Below, piece by piece: positions 10,099-20,639 of a stretch of DNA of 64,000 nucleotides. Position 1 is the stretch's first letter, and each line of letters opens with the position of its first letter. This DNA is from Longimicrobiales bacterium (GTDB taxonomy: Bacteria; Gemmatimonadota; Gemmatimonadetes; Longimicrobiales; Gaopeijiaceae), in contig OZ241892.1 in the NCBI GenBank assembly GCA_965203485.1, positions 320,001-384,000 of the forward strand. The letters are read 5' to 3'. The position numbers and the translations under genes are program-made. Below the pieces are notes generated by a model, which saw nothing but the letters and a program-made list of their open reading frames with translations, did not search any database and had not been told where the DNA came from.

Positions 10099-10231
10099 GC
10101 CCCGTCGATCACGCCGTGCTTCTATCGGTTGCAGGTGCGGCGGCGCGATCTCGCCTTCCGGCAACCATGTCCGGGCGCGCCCTGGTCCAGACGTGGCAAC
10201 AGATCCCGACGGGGCACGAGGAGACGCAAAC

Positions 10232-11224
10232 ATGAAGGCAACTGGCAGGTCGGCCGGCTTGGCCGCCGCCGCGTTCCTTGCCGGGTGCGCTGGCGCGATG
10301 TACAAGCCAATGGCGGTGGCGGACAGGGCAATCGAGCAACGCATCCTGACCGAGCGCAACAGCGACTACTGGGCGATGCTGGCCCGTCTCGACGGCATTT
10401 CTTGGCAGGTGCGCCGCGCGAACCGCCATCTCTGCACCGGGAAGATCGCGCACGAAGTGGGCGTGCGCGTCGCCGACCTCGGCGGATACGTCCGCAACGA
10501 ACCCCTGTTGCACTTGCCACGCGACGAGCGGGGAACATACACGGTTCAATCCGTGACTCCCGGTTCTCCCGGCCACCGAGACGGCATCCAGCCCGGCGAT
10601 GTGCTCACGAAGGAGGAGCTGGAGGGCCATGCGCGCCAAGAAGTGTGCATGGGTAGCGTGCTCCTTCTCCGACCGCGGGATGTTGAAGCCGCCGGCTCGC
10701 TGGAAGCATACACGAACGGCCAGCAAGTCGCACTTACGACGGCTGTGGTGGAGTGGCTCGACACGGACGACAGAATCGCGGCGGTAGTGGCGCACGAGAC
10801 GGCTCACATTGCCATGAGGCACATCGACAAGCGCCGGAACAACGCGGCCGCCGGAGCCGTTCTGGGCGCGGTGACCGATGGGCTCTTGTGCGGAGCGCTG
10901 GGTGGTCTCTCGTGCTATACCGCGTCGAACGCTGGAGCTGGTGCGCGGGCCGGTGCGGCGGCGTACTCGGTGGACTTCGAACGCGAGGCGGACTACGTGG
11001 GGATGTACATGGCGTTCAACGCGGGCTTCGACACGTCGGTGTGGTCCGACCTTTTCTTGGACATTGGGGTGCGCTTCGGCCAGGGATTCGGCTCGACGCA
11101 CCCCTCCAACCCCGATCGGGCGGCGAGCATGGTGGTTTGGCATGAGAACATCCAGGCCGAACGCGAGGCCGCCGATGCTCGCGGGCTGGCGGAGGAACCA
11201 CTCTTTCCCAAGCCGAATCGGTGA
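10232..11224 (+). CDS. M48-family zinc metalloprotease lipoprotein with PDZ-like segment
   Basis: Lipobox LAGC; VTPGSPGHRDGIQPGD (PDZ-like); HETAH (HExxH), EREAD, STHPS. Confidence 0.85.
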   Translation: MKATGRSAGLAAAAFLAGCAGAMYKPMAVADRAIEQRILTERNSDYWAMLARLDGISWQVRRANRHLCTGKIAHEVGVRVADLGGYVRNEPLLHLPRDERGTYTVQSVTPGSPGHRDGIQPGDVLTKEELEGHARQEVCMGSVLLLRPRDVEAAGSLEAYTNGQQVALTTAVVEWLDTDDRIAAVVAHETAHIAMRHIDKRRNNAAAGAVLGAVTDGLLCGALGGLSCYTASNAGAGARAGAAAYSVDFEREADYVGMYMAFNAGFDTSVWSDLFLDIGVRFGQGFGSTHPSNPDRAASMVVWHENIQAEREAADARGLAEEPLFPKPNR

Positions 11225-11661
11225 GTGGTCGGCCGCCGGGCGCCGCGGCCCGGCGGCCGGTTCCCAGGGGCGTTTCGGCGCAGGGCGCACGCGGTGCCGG
11301 GCAGCCGAGCCAAGCGCGGCCGCGTCGAGAGGCCGCGTGGGAGCGCGCCGCTCCGGCGTCCGGGTGCGGTTCGCTGGGGCGCCCACTTGCGCGGCTCGGG
11401 CTTGTCGGCCACCTTAACGAAGCCGTCGTCGAGCCGGCGGGAGCGAGGCGCCACCTAAGCGGCGTCTCCACGCGCACGCTCTGCCGACGGCCACGCGCTT
11501 GGCTGGCGCAAGGATCGGCGACCGGGCGGGCGCACTGAATCGCCGCAATGCGGCCATGCTTCGAGACTGGCGTTGTGGCGAGGCGCGCCCCGGTCTCGGC
11601 GCATGACCCCGCCGGAGTGCGCATGGCCGCGCACACGAACCCTTTGAAGCGAGAACAGAAC

Positions 11662-12615
11662 ATGCCGACCCGACGCGAATGGATTCAGTCCGCCGCCGCC
11701 ACGAGCGCCCTGCTCGCGCTCGATCCGCGCTCGATCCGCGCTCTGGGACCGCAGGAACTCCTGATCAGACAGATCCCCGGCGCCGACGAGCACCTGCCGA
11801 TCATCGGCCTGGGGAGTTCCGCCTCGTTCCGCAGGATGGCGGCCGACGGCGACTTGAGCCGCCTGACCGAGGTCATCCGCGTCTTCGTCGAGAACGGCGC
11901 GCGAGTGTTCGACACGGCGCCCAGCTACGGGCCGTCGGAGGAAGCGGCGGGCGCCATCGCGGCCGACCTTGGGGTCTCCGAGGAGATCTTCTGGGCCACC
12001 AAGGTCAACGTCGCGGGTCGCAGGGGGGGCGCGGCCGATCCCGCCGCGGCGCGAGCGCAGATCGAGCGCTCCTTCGAGCGCTTGCAGGTTCCTGTCGTGG
12101 ACTTGATTCAAGTGCACAATCTCGGGGACCCGCCGACGCAGGTCGGCATTCTGCAGGAACTCAAGGCCGAGGGACGCGTCCGCTACATCGGCATCACGAG
12201 CACCAGCGCGCGGCAGTACGACGCGCTGGCCCAGGCCATGCGCGACTATCCCTTGGACTTCATAGGGATCGACTACGCGGTGGACGACCGGGCGTCGGCG
12301 GAGACGATTCTGCCCTTGGCGGCCGAGCGCGGCATCGGCGTCCTCGTCTACGTTCCGTTCGGGCGCACGCGGCTGTTCCAGCGGGTCGGCGACCGAGAGG
12401 TCCCCGACTGGGCGGCGGACTTCGGCGCGGACACGTGGGCGCGCTTCTTCCTCAAGTTCGCGGCGGCCCACCCGGCCGTCACGGTCGTGACGCCGGCGAC
12501 CAGCAACCCGGAGCACATGCTGGACAACATCGGCGCGGCGCACGGCCGGTTGCCGGACGAGGACGAGCAGGCGCGCATGATCGAGCTGGTGGACGGCCTG
12601 CCCCAAGCGGGCTGA
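11662..12615 (+). CDS. Aldo/keto reductase with Tat signal peptide
   Basis: TRREWI twin-arginine leader; IIGLG, FDTAPSYG, ATKV, DLIQVHNL. Confidence 0.9.
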   Translation: MPTRREWIQSAAATSALLALDPRSIRALGPQELLIRQIPGADEHLPIIGLGSSASFRRMAADGDLSRLTEVIRVFVENGARVFDTAPSYGPSEEAAGAIAADLGVSEEIFWATKVNVAGRRGGAADPAAARAQIERSFERLQVPVVDLIQVHNLGDPPTQVGILQELKAEGRVRYIGITSTSARQYDALAQAMRDYPLDFIGIDYAVDDRASAETILPLAAERGIGVLVYVPFGRTRLFQRVGDREVPDWAADFGADTWARFFLKFAAAHPAVTVVTPATSNPEHMLDNIGAAHGRLPDEDEQARMIELVDGLPQAG

Positions 12616-12654
12616 CTGCAAGCGGCGCCTGGGACAACGGGGAGGCGGTCGAGC

Positions 12655-13116
12655 ATGATGAGGAAAATCGGTGGCGCGGCGCTGGGCTTCTGGAACTTGG
12701 CGACCTTCGCATGCTTCTCGCTCTTGTGGTTCGCGCTCGGGGCCGACGGGTCGTTCCAGCCGGGCAGCTGGGAAGTCTCTGGAGCGTGGGCGGCCGCGGC
12801 CCTTGCCGTCTACCTCCTTTCGGGCGGGTCGGCCGGATTCACGGCGGCCAAGGTAGGGCGGGGGCTCCTGGGGCCCGCCATCTTGCTCGTGCTCGTGGCG
12901 GCCATGGGCGTGTACGCGGCGGTCGTCGGAGGCGCGGGAGTCGACCCGCGCCCCGACGACGTGTCGATCTTCGATGCCGGCGGAGATGCGCGGTATCCCG
13001 CGTGGGCGGCTTGGCTCAACGCGTTCGTTGGGCCCTTGGGAGTTCTGTGCGGCGCGTGCAAGGCGCGGCGCCGAGCCGAGGCAGAAGGAGACGCATCCTA
13101 CAGCGGCGCCGAGTGA
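12655..13116 (+). CDS. Hypothetical multi-pass membrane protein
   Basis: About four hydrophobic segments; co-oriented with its neighbours. Confidence 0.65.
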   Translation: MMRKIGGAALGFWNLATFACFSLLWFALGADGSFQPGSWEVSGAWAAAALAVYLLSGGSAGFTAAKVGRGLLGPAILLVLVAAMGVYAAVVGGAGVDPRPDDVSIFDAGGDARYPAWAAWLNAFVGPLGVLCGACKARRRAEAEGDASYSGAE

Positions 13117-13331
13117 TGGGCGGCGAGGCGTTGGCTCTGGCCTACATGGGTCCGGGAGCTGGCATTGCCGCCGTCGGAGCGCTGATCGGCTTGGTGTGGG
13201 TCGTCGTCAACGTGATCGTCGGCTTGGTCTGGCATCCCGTTCGCCAGTTGCGGAGGTGGTGGAGAGAGCGCCGCTTCGCGGGACGGGGCGCCTCTTCCGC
13301 CGACAACGAGAGGACCGGGACGGCGAGTTAG
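13116..13331 (+). CDS. Small single-TM membrane protein
   Basis: TGATG overlap with the upstream stop; AYMGPGAG followed by a TM helix and basic tail. Confidence 0.55.
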   Translation: MGGEALALAYMGPGAGIAAVGALIGLVWVVVNVIVGLVWHPVRQLRRWWRERRFAGRGASSADNERTGTAS

Positions 13332-14353
13332 GGCGAAACGCAACGCCCTCGTACGCCTCGGCATCGAAGCTGACCGAGGGCGTTCTAGACCGAAGTTCCG
13401 GGCGGTGCGTAGGGCTCGTCATCCTTCTGCCTCCTTGCTCGGTGCCATTGGGCAGATCGGATGCGGCCATCGTTACCGTCCCAACACGCCACATGATTTC
13501 TTCCGAAATAGTGCCTTCCACAGGTAGCGCACCGGCGGAACGCTCCCTGCCTTGACAATGTCCACAAATCCACCATCGCCGCCGTCCTCGACCTGCCTCG
13601 ATACCGGCCCCGAGTAGAAATCTTCCGGAACCGTTCGCAGAACGCCCGACTCGTCCGGCACATCATCATATCCAATGGACAGAATGTTCACTTCATTCGA
13701 TCGCTCGGCTGCATACGCCTCCAAATCGAGACCGGTCGTAGTCGAAATGTAGTCGGCCAATAAGTCCTGCAAGATCCAAATAGTCTTCGCATTCCATGCC
13801 GTCGCAACCTGAGACTTCACAATCAGTTGGCTTGCCATGCGCGCCCACACCTGCCTATAGTTGATTCCGGGGCCTTCATGTCTCTCTCCTTTCAACAGTG
13901 CATCCTCAAAAGCCATGCTGATCCGCGTCCGTTTCCTTTTGTTGCCACCGGACGTCGATGACGACATCACTTCGACAATCACGAGCGGCACCGATGGCCA
14001 GTCGTCGATCCATACTTCGCCGTCACGTCTAACGATCTCGAGACCATTGCCTTGTGCTATGCGCAGACATCTGTCCTCTGACATATCCAACGCACTTGAT
14101 ATCCTTGACGCCGGCATCGCTGTCTTGTCCGCGAGGACATAATCGAAAGTATAGTTGAACAAATGCGTCTTTTCAGATCGATCAGTCATTGGCACTGTCA
14201 TCTTGACCTCCGACCATGCGCGATATGGAGTTGCCCCGGTATGGTGGACGGGCAAGGATCTTGGGTTCAGATGGTGCAATGTGAAACATGACTTTAGGAA
14301 GGACGGAGGCGCAAGGGCGCCGAACGGTCTCGTGTCGAGGGGGTCGGTGCACT

Positions 14354-15202
14354 TTACGCGACCGCACGCTTGCGCTCGAAGCCGGCGGGGGATTCGTAGC
14401 CGAGCGCCGAGTGTCGGCGCCGCGAGTTGTAGAAGCCTTCGATGAAGGCGAAGACGGCGCGCCGGGCTTCGGCCGGACTTGTGAACTGGCAACGGTCCAG
14501 CAACTCGCATTCCAACGTGGCGAAGAAGCTCTCGCACATCGCGTTGTCGTAGGCGTCGCCCACCGAGCCCGTCGAGCGACGCACGCCGGCCTTCCTGCAC
14601 CGCTCGCCGAACGCCCAGGACGTGTACTGCGACCCCTGGTCCGAGTGATGGATCACGGTCTCTGGACTGCGGTTCTCGACGGCCATGGCGAGCGCGCGCT
14701 CGACGAGTTCGCCGCGCAGGTGCGTCTCCATGGCCCAGCCGACGACGCGGCGGCTCCAGGCGTCGACGACGACCGCCAGGTAGAGCCATCCGGCCCCGGC
14801 CGGCACGTACGTGATGTCGGCGACCCAGAGCTGGTCGGGGCCTTCGGCGCTGAAGTCGCGCTCGACCAAGTCCGGAGCCGGGCGCGCGTGGGCGTCGCGC
14901 ACCGTCAGCGCCACCTTGCGGCGCCTGCGGCTCGCGCCTTCGATGCCCTCCTCGCGCATGAGGCGGGCGACGCGCTTCGGACCGACGCGCTCGCCCCAGG
15001 CCGCGAGATCGGCGTGGATGCGCGGTCGCCCGTACGTCCGCCGGCTCGCTTCCCAGCTGCGGCGCACCAAGACGCGCAACGCGTCGTCGCGCAACGCGCT
15101 CGCCGATCGGGGACGCTTCAGCCATGCATAGAAGCCGCTCGGGGAGAGACCGAGGACGCGGCACATCGCGCGCACGGGAAACACGGCCCGGTGCGCTTTC
15201 AC
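14354..15202 (-). CDS. IS3 transposase OrfB (DDE/rve)
   Basis: WVADITY, HHSDQGSQY, DNAMCESFF. Confidence 0.95.
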   Translation of the reverse strand: MKAHRAVFPVRAMCRVLGLSPSGFYAWLKRPRSASALRDDALRVLVRRSWEASRRTYGRPRIHADLAAWGERVGPKRVARLMREEGIEGASRRRRKVALTVRDAHARPAPDLVERDFSAEGPDQLWVADITYVPAGAGWLYLAVVVDAWSRRVVGWAMETHLRGELVERALAMAVENRSPETVIHHSDQGSQYTSWAFGERCRKAGVRRSTGSVGDAYDNAMCESFFATLECELLDRCQFTSPAEARRAVFAFIEGFYNSRRRHSALGYESPAGFERKRAVA

Positions 15203-15513
15203 GAACTCGAACCCTCTCCGGGAATCGAGCCGCTCTCCCGAGCGAACCAGGCCGCGGCTTTTTTTAGAATGTCGCGCTCGAGGCGCAACTGCTTGTTCTC
15301 CCGCTTCAGGCGGCGCAACTCGTCCCGCTCGCGCGTCGTCGTCCCGTCGTCGCGACGGCCCTCGTCGAGATCGGCCTGCTCGACCCAGTTGCGGATCGTC
15401 GGCGCCGACGGCTCGAACTCACGCGCCAGCGCCTCCGGCGACCGGCCCGAACGCGCCAGATCCACCATTCGCCGCCGGTACTCCAGCGGGTACTGCTTGC
15501 GTTTCTTCGGCAT
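15199..15513 (-). CDS. IS3 transposase OrfA (HTH + leucine zipper)
   Basis: LRRLKRENKQLRLERDILKKAAAWFA. Confidence 0.95.
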   Translation of the reverse strand: MPKKRKQYPLEYRRRMVDLARSGRSPEALAREFEPSAPTIRNWVEQADLDEGRRDDGTTTRERDELRRLKRENKQLRLERDILKKAAAWFARESGSIPGEGSSS

Positions 15514-15920
15514 CGTGGACTCCTCCTCGTCCCGAAAGATTGAACGTGTCCACCATGCCGGGGCAACTCCAATATTCCTTGGTCGGCGACAGACCGCCGT
15601 ATCGCACGATACGGTCTCTAACTGCCCCTTGCAGAGGCGACAGCTTCCTCCCGTGCAACGCCAATAGGCGTCGCGGGCACACGATCCACGGCTTCTGCCC
15701 TACCATGAGAGAACATACACCCGCTTGGACGGTTGGCTTCCTGAAGAAATATTCAAACAGCTCATCTCCTTCCTTCAAATGCAATGCCGATGCATGTCGA
15801 TTGCCACCGCCGTCGCACTCCGCGTTCATGAATGGACACCGTGCACGCCTTCTGCTTTCGTTTACATCTACTCCAGAAGCCTCAAGGGGATATCCTAGCA
15901 GTTCGTATATTTTGCTCATT

Positions 15921-17042
15921 TCAAGCCACCTGAGCCAAGCTGTCTCGAATTTTTTCGGCAATACCCATGGCAACCGGCGGAGGGACCGAATTGGCCACTT
16001 GCCTATGCTGGTCAAGGTTCTTCACCGATCCCGTTCTGCTTCGAATCGGCCCCTTTAGAACGTAGGAATCCGGGTAGCCATGAATTCTCATGTATTCCCG
16101 CGGCGTGAGATACCTATCTTCCGTCGGATGATAGAAAATCTCGCCGCATCGAAGAGTGTTCGCCGGCTTGCGCCGATGCAATCGCAAGAATTTGGTCGTG
16201 TCCTTCCTGGTCAATCCCCTTATCACACTTTCGCTCAAATGCGTCTGTGCGGCCAAGTAGGATCCTTCGGGCACTTGGGCAATGCGTTCTCGGTCTCTTT
16301 CCGGCGTCACGTCTACATGACTGTCTTCTCTGGGATGGAAGGTCGTCCCCTTTATTTTTGGTGCAGGCCTTCCCAAGTCGAAAATGACGTCCCCAACACC
16401 AGTATACGGTTTCATCGGAAAGAGATCATTGCAATCTCTTTTTGGGATGTGAGTGCGGCCAGGGAAAACAAAATTGCCGCCACTTCGTTCTGCAACGACA
16501 AACAGACGTTCTCGTAGCTGGGGTACGCCAAGGTCAGCAGCACAGACAACCTGCCACTTGACAACATAACCCGTTTCTTCAAGATCCGCCAGAAAGGCCG
16601 AGAACACTTCTCCTCGTTCTTGCCGTGGCCCCTTCGACGACAACAAGCCCTTCACCTGTTCAACGAGTACGACTCTAGGCTGGAATTCTCGTGCAAACCG
16701 CACGACCTGGAACAAGAGCAATCCGCGTTCGTCCCTTATGCCCAGTTGCTTTCCCGCCAGAGAGAACGATTGACACGGAGGTCCGCCAAAGAGCAGATCG
16801 AGATCGCCATTCGCTATCCCCAAAGTCTGGCGCAAGGTTTGTGCGTCGACGTGACGGATGTCTGCATTGACTATTCGAGTCGATCGAGTGTTTCGCTGCT
16901 TTGCCGCCCGTAGCGTACTGCAACAGTGTTCGTCGATCTCCAATTGTGCCAAGATATCGAAGCCTGCCGCTTCGACACCGATGTCCATCCCTCCAGCACC
17001 AGAGAAGAGGCTGAGTGCTTGCAAGTCGTTCTCGTCTTGCAT
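15921..17042 (-). CDS. DNA (cytosine-5)-methyltransferase
   Basis: LSLFSGAGG (motif I), GGPPCQSFS (motif IV), QLRERLF (motif VIII), RQVANSVPP (motif X); lower GC than the flanks. Confidence 0.95.
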   Translation of the reverse strand: MQDENDLQALSLFSGAGGMDIGVEAAGFDILAQLEIDEHCCSTLRAAKQRNTRSTRIVNADIRHVDAQTLRQTLGIANGDLDLLFGGPPCQSFSLAGKQLGIRDERGLLLFQVVRFAREFQPRVVLVEQVKGLLSSKGPRQERGEVFSAFLADLEETGYVVKWQVVCAADLGVPQLRERLFVVAERSGGNFVFPGRTHIPKRDCNDLFPMKPYTGVGDVIFDLGRPAPKIKGTTFHPREDSHVDVTPERDRERIAQVPEGSYLAAQTHLSESVIRGLTRKDTTKFLRLHRRKPANTLRCGEIFYHPTEDRYLTPREYMRIHGYPDSYVLKGPIRSRTGSVKNLDQHRQVANSVPPPVAMGIAEKIRDSLAQVA

Positions 17043-17293
17043 TTCTATCCTCCAGGAGACGTTGGGCGATCAGATCGGGAATCTTCGAAGGTAGTGATGG
17101 AAGTGCACGCCGTCAACGAGGCCCGACCATGTGCCCGGGGCTCGTCGGGCGGTGGTGCCGGATCGTCGTTTTTGCCGTGGCCAGCGTCCCCTCGGTGCCC
17201 CAGGTCGATCGGCTTCTTGGGCGGGAGCGACGTAACTCCTTGCCACGAAACAACTTGCGAGCCTCATGGCCGCAAATCCTTCGGAACTTCGGG

Positions 17294-17602
17294 CTAGACC
17301 GACTTCAAGACGCGCGCCAGGCCCGGTGCGTCGGGATTGTATCCCGGCGCGGGAGCCTCGAACGTCGCCGACGACACGACTACGGCCTCGATCTTGGCCA
17401 AGTTGAAGTTCCGCCAACCCGCGCTCCGCTTGGTTCCGGCCCCGTGTTGCCACGCCAGCAGCGTGGGATTGCCCCGGTCGCTGATGCCCAGCGCGTGCGG
17501 CCAGACGAGCCGCACGCTCACCGCGGAGCCGTAGACGAGCCTGACTTCGCGGCGGCAGTCGATGGCGCTGGCCAGCCTCGCTACGAGGTCATCGGGCTTC
17601 AT
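17294..17602 (-). CDS. Stand-alone WYL-domain-like protein (102 aa)
   Basis: AIDCRREVRLVY...RLVWPHALG...WRNFNLAKI...PGYNP; no HTH. Confidence 0.65.
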   Translation of the reverse strand: MKPDDLVARLASAIDCRREVRLVYGSAVSVRLVWPHALGISDRGNPTLLAWQHGAGTKRSAGWRNFNLAKIEAVVVSSATFEAPAPGYNPDAPGLARVLKSV

Positions 17603-20600
17603 CGCTCCCCGGCCCGGGGTCCGCCACGCGCTCTTCGCCGTTCGTCGCGAGGTTGTCGTGGTGCATGAGGACGTTGAACAGAAGTGCGTAGGATCCGTGC
17701 GTGTGCGAGCGCCAGAACGGATTGAACGAGAAGAGGACCACGTGGCCGTCGCCCAGCGGCACATCCACCAGGGCGGGCGCGCCTGCAAGAGCGGCGCCGT
17801 TCTGCAATCCCCCGCTGACGAGCAGCTCCTCGGCCTTCGCCGCAAAGCGCATGACGATCCGAACGTGGTCCGTTCGCGGCGCGGCCGACGGCCCGCTGCT
17901 GTTCGGGGCCCCGGCCCCCTCCTCTCGGCGCGCCTCCCTGAACTCCGAGACGCCGGCCTGGCCCAGATCGCGGGCCCGCCCCTGGACGATGTCCTCCTCG
18001 TCGGCCCCGCCCCTGCCGGTTCGGCGCTCCGTCGTGTCGCCGGGCCCGCGCCCGCTTGTCGCGCCGCCCCCTCGTCTTCCACCGAAAGGGCCGCCTCCGC
18101 CGATCCCGAAGACGGGGCCGGTGTTGAACGCCACCCCGAGGTCGTCGTAGCCGTAGGCGATCGGGCTGCTCGCGTCCGTCACCCGCGTGGCGAACACGCC
18201 GCCGCGCGCCCACAGGCCGGGCGTGCTGCGGATCGAGACGCCCTCGGCCAAGCCGAAGTGGACGGGCAACCGCGACGCGCCCGCCATCGCCACGAACACC
18301 CCGCCCTCTTCGACGAACCGCTTCAGGTGCAGCACGCCCTCGATCCCCAGCCCGCCCCGCATGTCGTCCGTCGAGTCCTGCCGCCCTATGTTTGGCGTCA
18401 GCTCCGTCGCCTTCCAAGGAACCGGCTTGTCGCCGCGCAGGCCGCGAACCAGCGACATCGCGTCGCCCCGTTGCTGTCCCATCACCAGCACGTCGTAGTC
18501 GCGCCGCAGCTCGGGGTTGTCGCGAACCTCGTGCACGGAGACGTAGTCGTAGGGAATGCCGTACTCGTCCAGCCCCACGCGCAGCCAGCCTTCGTCCTGC
18601 GTGTTCGTCCAGGCGTGCACGACCGCGATCCTCGGCGTGCGCACGGCGTGCACGGGCGCGGACGGCTCTTCGCGAACGCGATGGGCAGTGAAGCCGAATT
18701 CCCGTCCAGCCTCCTCGAGGAGCGCGTGCAGGTCCATGCCGGGGTTGTCCGTCTCGCGAATCACGAACGATCCGGGGCCGAAGGACTGGTCCGCGACTGA
18801 GAACGCCGTCTCGGCGGCCATGACCGCCAGCGAGTCGTGCGCGAAGCGAAACGCCGCGAGCGCGTTGTCCGCATTGTACCCGACCACGTAAGCGCCGCCC
18901 GTTCGTCCTTCGACTCCGCCCGGCGCCGCGACCGCGCCGACCAGGGTCATCTTGGCGTCCAGGATGGCCGTGTCCTCAACGCGCGCGGTCTGCGCGTTGA
19001 ACAATGGACCCAGCGTCCAGCCCACGTCGTCGTAGGGACGCGGGTCGTTGGGATTGTAGTACTGCTTGTCGAGAAGCATGTCCGCGCCGCGCGAGAAGGG
19101 CTGGTCCATGCGGACGACGTAGCTGCCTCGCTCGAACTCGGCGTCGCCCAGCTTGACGTCTTCGTCGGTCCTGTGCACTTCGAACGCGTGCGCGGCCATG
19201 AGTTGCAGCAGCCGCGCCTGCTGGCCGGGCCGGGGGTCGCTTGCGGGCAGGACGTAGGCCGCGGGCCCCTCGTCGCGGGCCTTGGCGACCGAGCGCTGCG
19301 ACTTGCGATAGAAGTTGAGAAGGAACTCCTCGCGGTTCGTCGCCACCTCGTGCATTGCGATCAGCACTGCGCTTTGCTGAAGGTTGACGTTGTTGCGAAT
19401 GCTCCAGACGACTTCTCCGAGAGGCGTGCTGGGCCGGTGCCATTGGCGCTGAACGTTGGACCTCACGATGCGCGTGGACGCGTCGCCCGCGCCTTGCGTC
19501 TCGTAGAAGCGGCCGATGGAATTGCGCATGTGCGCCACCCACATCATGTAGTTCGCGCCCCAGCCGTCGTAGAAGTCGTAGGTGTAGACGCCGGGCACGC
19601 CGAAGGCGGTCATGTCCTGGACCTCCTTGTACGCCAACCGGTTCCATTCGTTTATCACGATGGGGTCGAGCCACGCGTTGTACGGTCCTCGGCCCGTGGA
19701 CGTGTAGAGGTGCGAAGCGGATTCGTGGTGGTCGTGGAAGACGGTCGGACGATGCTCCAGGTACGTGCGGGTCACGGCGCGAGACAGGGCCAGAGACAAG
19801 CCGATGTTGTCGCGGTTGTTGTCGTGGGCGACGTACTTGCCCCAGTACAGCGGCCGCGTGGGAAGGTTGGCGCCCGGGTCCTTGCGCTTGCCCATGTGCA
19901 GGTCCACGACCTTGGCGCGGCCGTCCACTTCCACGACCGGCGTGATCATGTAGATCAGTCCGTCGCGAATCTCCCTCAGGAAGTCGCTTTCGCCTACCGC
20001 GAGCCGGTACGCGAGCTCCATGAACATCTCGGGCGAGCCCGTTTCGGGCGAATGAATGGCGCCCACGGACCAGTAGGCCGCCTTCGCGGATCGGACGATT
20101 CTCTGCGCCTCCTCCGGTGCAGTCTCGCGCGGGTCCGCCAGGGCGCGCAGCGCCGCCTTGTTCGCCTCGAGTTCGGCGACGGACTCCTCCGAGCCCACCA
20201 CGACGAGAATCATCTCGCGCCCTTCTTCCGACTCGCCGATGGTGAACACCTCGACGCGAGGAGAAGCTGCGGCCAGGGCCCGCATGTAGGAGTGGACCTC
20301 CTCCGGATAGCTCAGCACGTCCGGCGCTCCCGCAATGCGCCCGAGATGGTCCAGCGGAGTCGGCGCCGTTTCGCTGGCCGGCAGATGATCCACCAGAGGC
20401 GTGGTGAAGAACGGTTCCGTCGTGGCTTCCGCGATGAGCGAGGTGTAGGTCGTGTCGATCGCCTGTTGCGCCGAAGCGGCTCCGTCGCCGGCGACCGCCG
20501 CCGCCAGTGCAATGCCGAGCGTCCGGCCTGCCGAAAGCGCTCGCCGCCGTTGGCCGTCCTGGGCCGGGCGGCCGAGAATCGTGCGAGGGGGCGCGGGCGG

Positions 20601-20639
20601 AACGGGCGCCCGCCGACTGGAGGACATCATTCTCTTCAT
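17589..20639 (-). CDS. Secreted M14-family zinc carboxypeptidase
   Basis: AIHSPE (HxxE), HDNNRD, HDHHE; signal-like segment before AQQ. Start uncertain (ATGA overlap at 20639). Confidence 0.88.
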   Translation of the reverse strand: MKRMMSSSRRAPVPPAPPRTILGRPAQDGQRRRALSAGRTLGIALAAAVAGDGAASAQQAIDTTYTSLIAEATTEPFFTTPLVDHLPASETAPTPLDHLGRIAGAPDVLSYPEEVHSYMRALAAASPRVEVFTIGESEEGREMILVVVGSEESVAELEANKAALRALADPRETAPEEAQRIVRSAKAAYWSVGAIHSPETGSPEMFMELAYRLAVGESDFLREIRDGLIYMITPVVEVDGRAKVVDLHMGKRKDPGANLPTRPLYWGKYVAHDNNRDNIGLSLALSRAVTRTYLEHRPTVFHDHHESASHLYTSTGRGPYNAWLDPIVINEWNRLAYKEVQDMTAFGVPGVYTYDFYDGWGANYMMWVAHMRNSIGRFYETQGAGDASTRIVRSNVQRQWHRPSTPLGEVVWSIRNNVNLQQSAVLIAMHEVATNREEFLLNFYRKSQRSVAKARDEGPAAYVLPASDPRPGQQARLLQLMAAHAFEVHRTDEDVKLGDAEFERGSYVVRMDQPFSRGADMLLDKQYYNPNDPRPYDDVGWTLGPLFNAQTARVEDTAILDAKMTLVGAVAAPGGVEGRTGGAYVVGYNADNALAAFRFAHDSLAVMAAETAFSVADQSFGPGSFVIRETDNPGMDLHALLEEAGREFGFTAHRVREEPSAPVHAVRTPRIAVVHAWTNTQDEGWLRVGLDEYGIPYDYVSVHEVRDNPELRRDYDVLVMGQQRGDAMSLVRGLRGDKPVPWKATELTPNIGRQDSTDDMRGGLGIEGVLHLKRFVEEGGVFVAMAGASRLPVHFGLAEGVSIRSTPGLWARGGVFATRVTDASSPIAYGYDDLGVAFNTGPVFGIGGGGPFGGRRGGGATSGRGPGDTTERRTGRGGADEEDIVQGRARDLGQAGVSEFREARREEGAGAPNSSGPSAAPRTDHVRIVMRFAAKAEELLVSGGLQNGAALAGAPALVDVPLGDGHVVLFSFNPFWRSHTHGSYALLFNVLMHHDNLATNGEERVADPGPGSDEAR

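Larger units (their letters stand above)
14226..15571 (-). mobile_element. IS3-family insertion sequence, copy 1 (1346 bp)
   Basis: Terminal inverted repeats TGGAGTTGCCCCGGYATGGTGGAC; 3-bp target duplication ATA; orfA/orfB with an A7G slippery site near 15258-15265. Confidence 0.96.
13473..15919 (-). pseudogene. NotI-like type II restriction endonuclease interrupted by IS3
   Basis: N-terminus MSKIYELLGYP...CPF...C...GVCS...CP (four-Cys NotI-type pattern); C-terminal part has IVEVMSSST. Removing the IS and one ATA duplication joins KEY|RAWSEV in frame (~365 aa). Starts immediately after the MTase stop. Confidence 0.78.
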
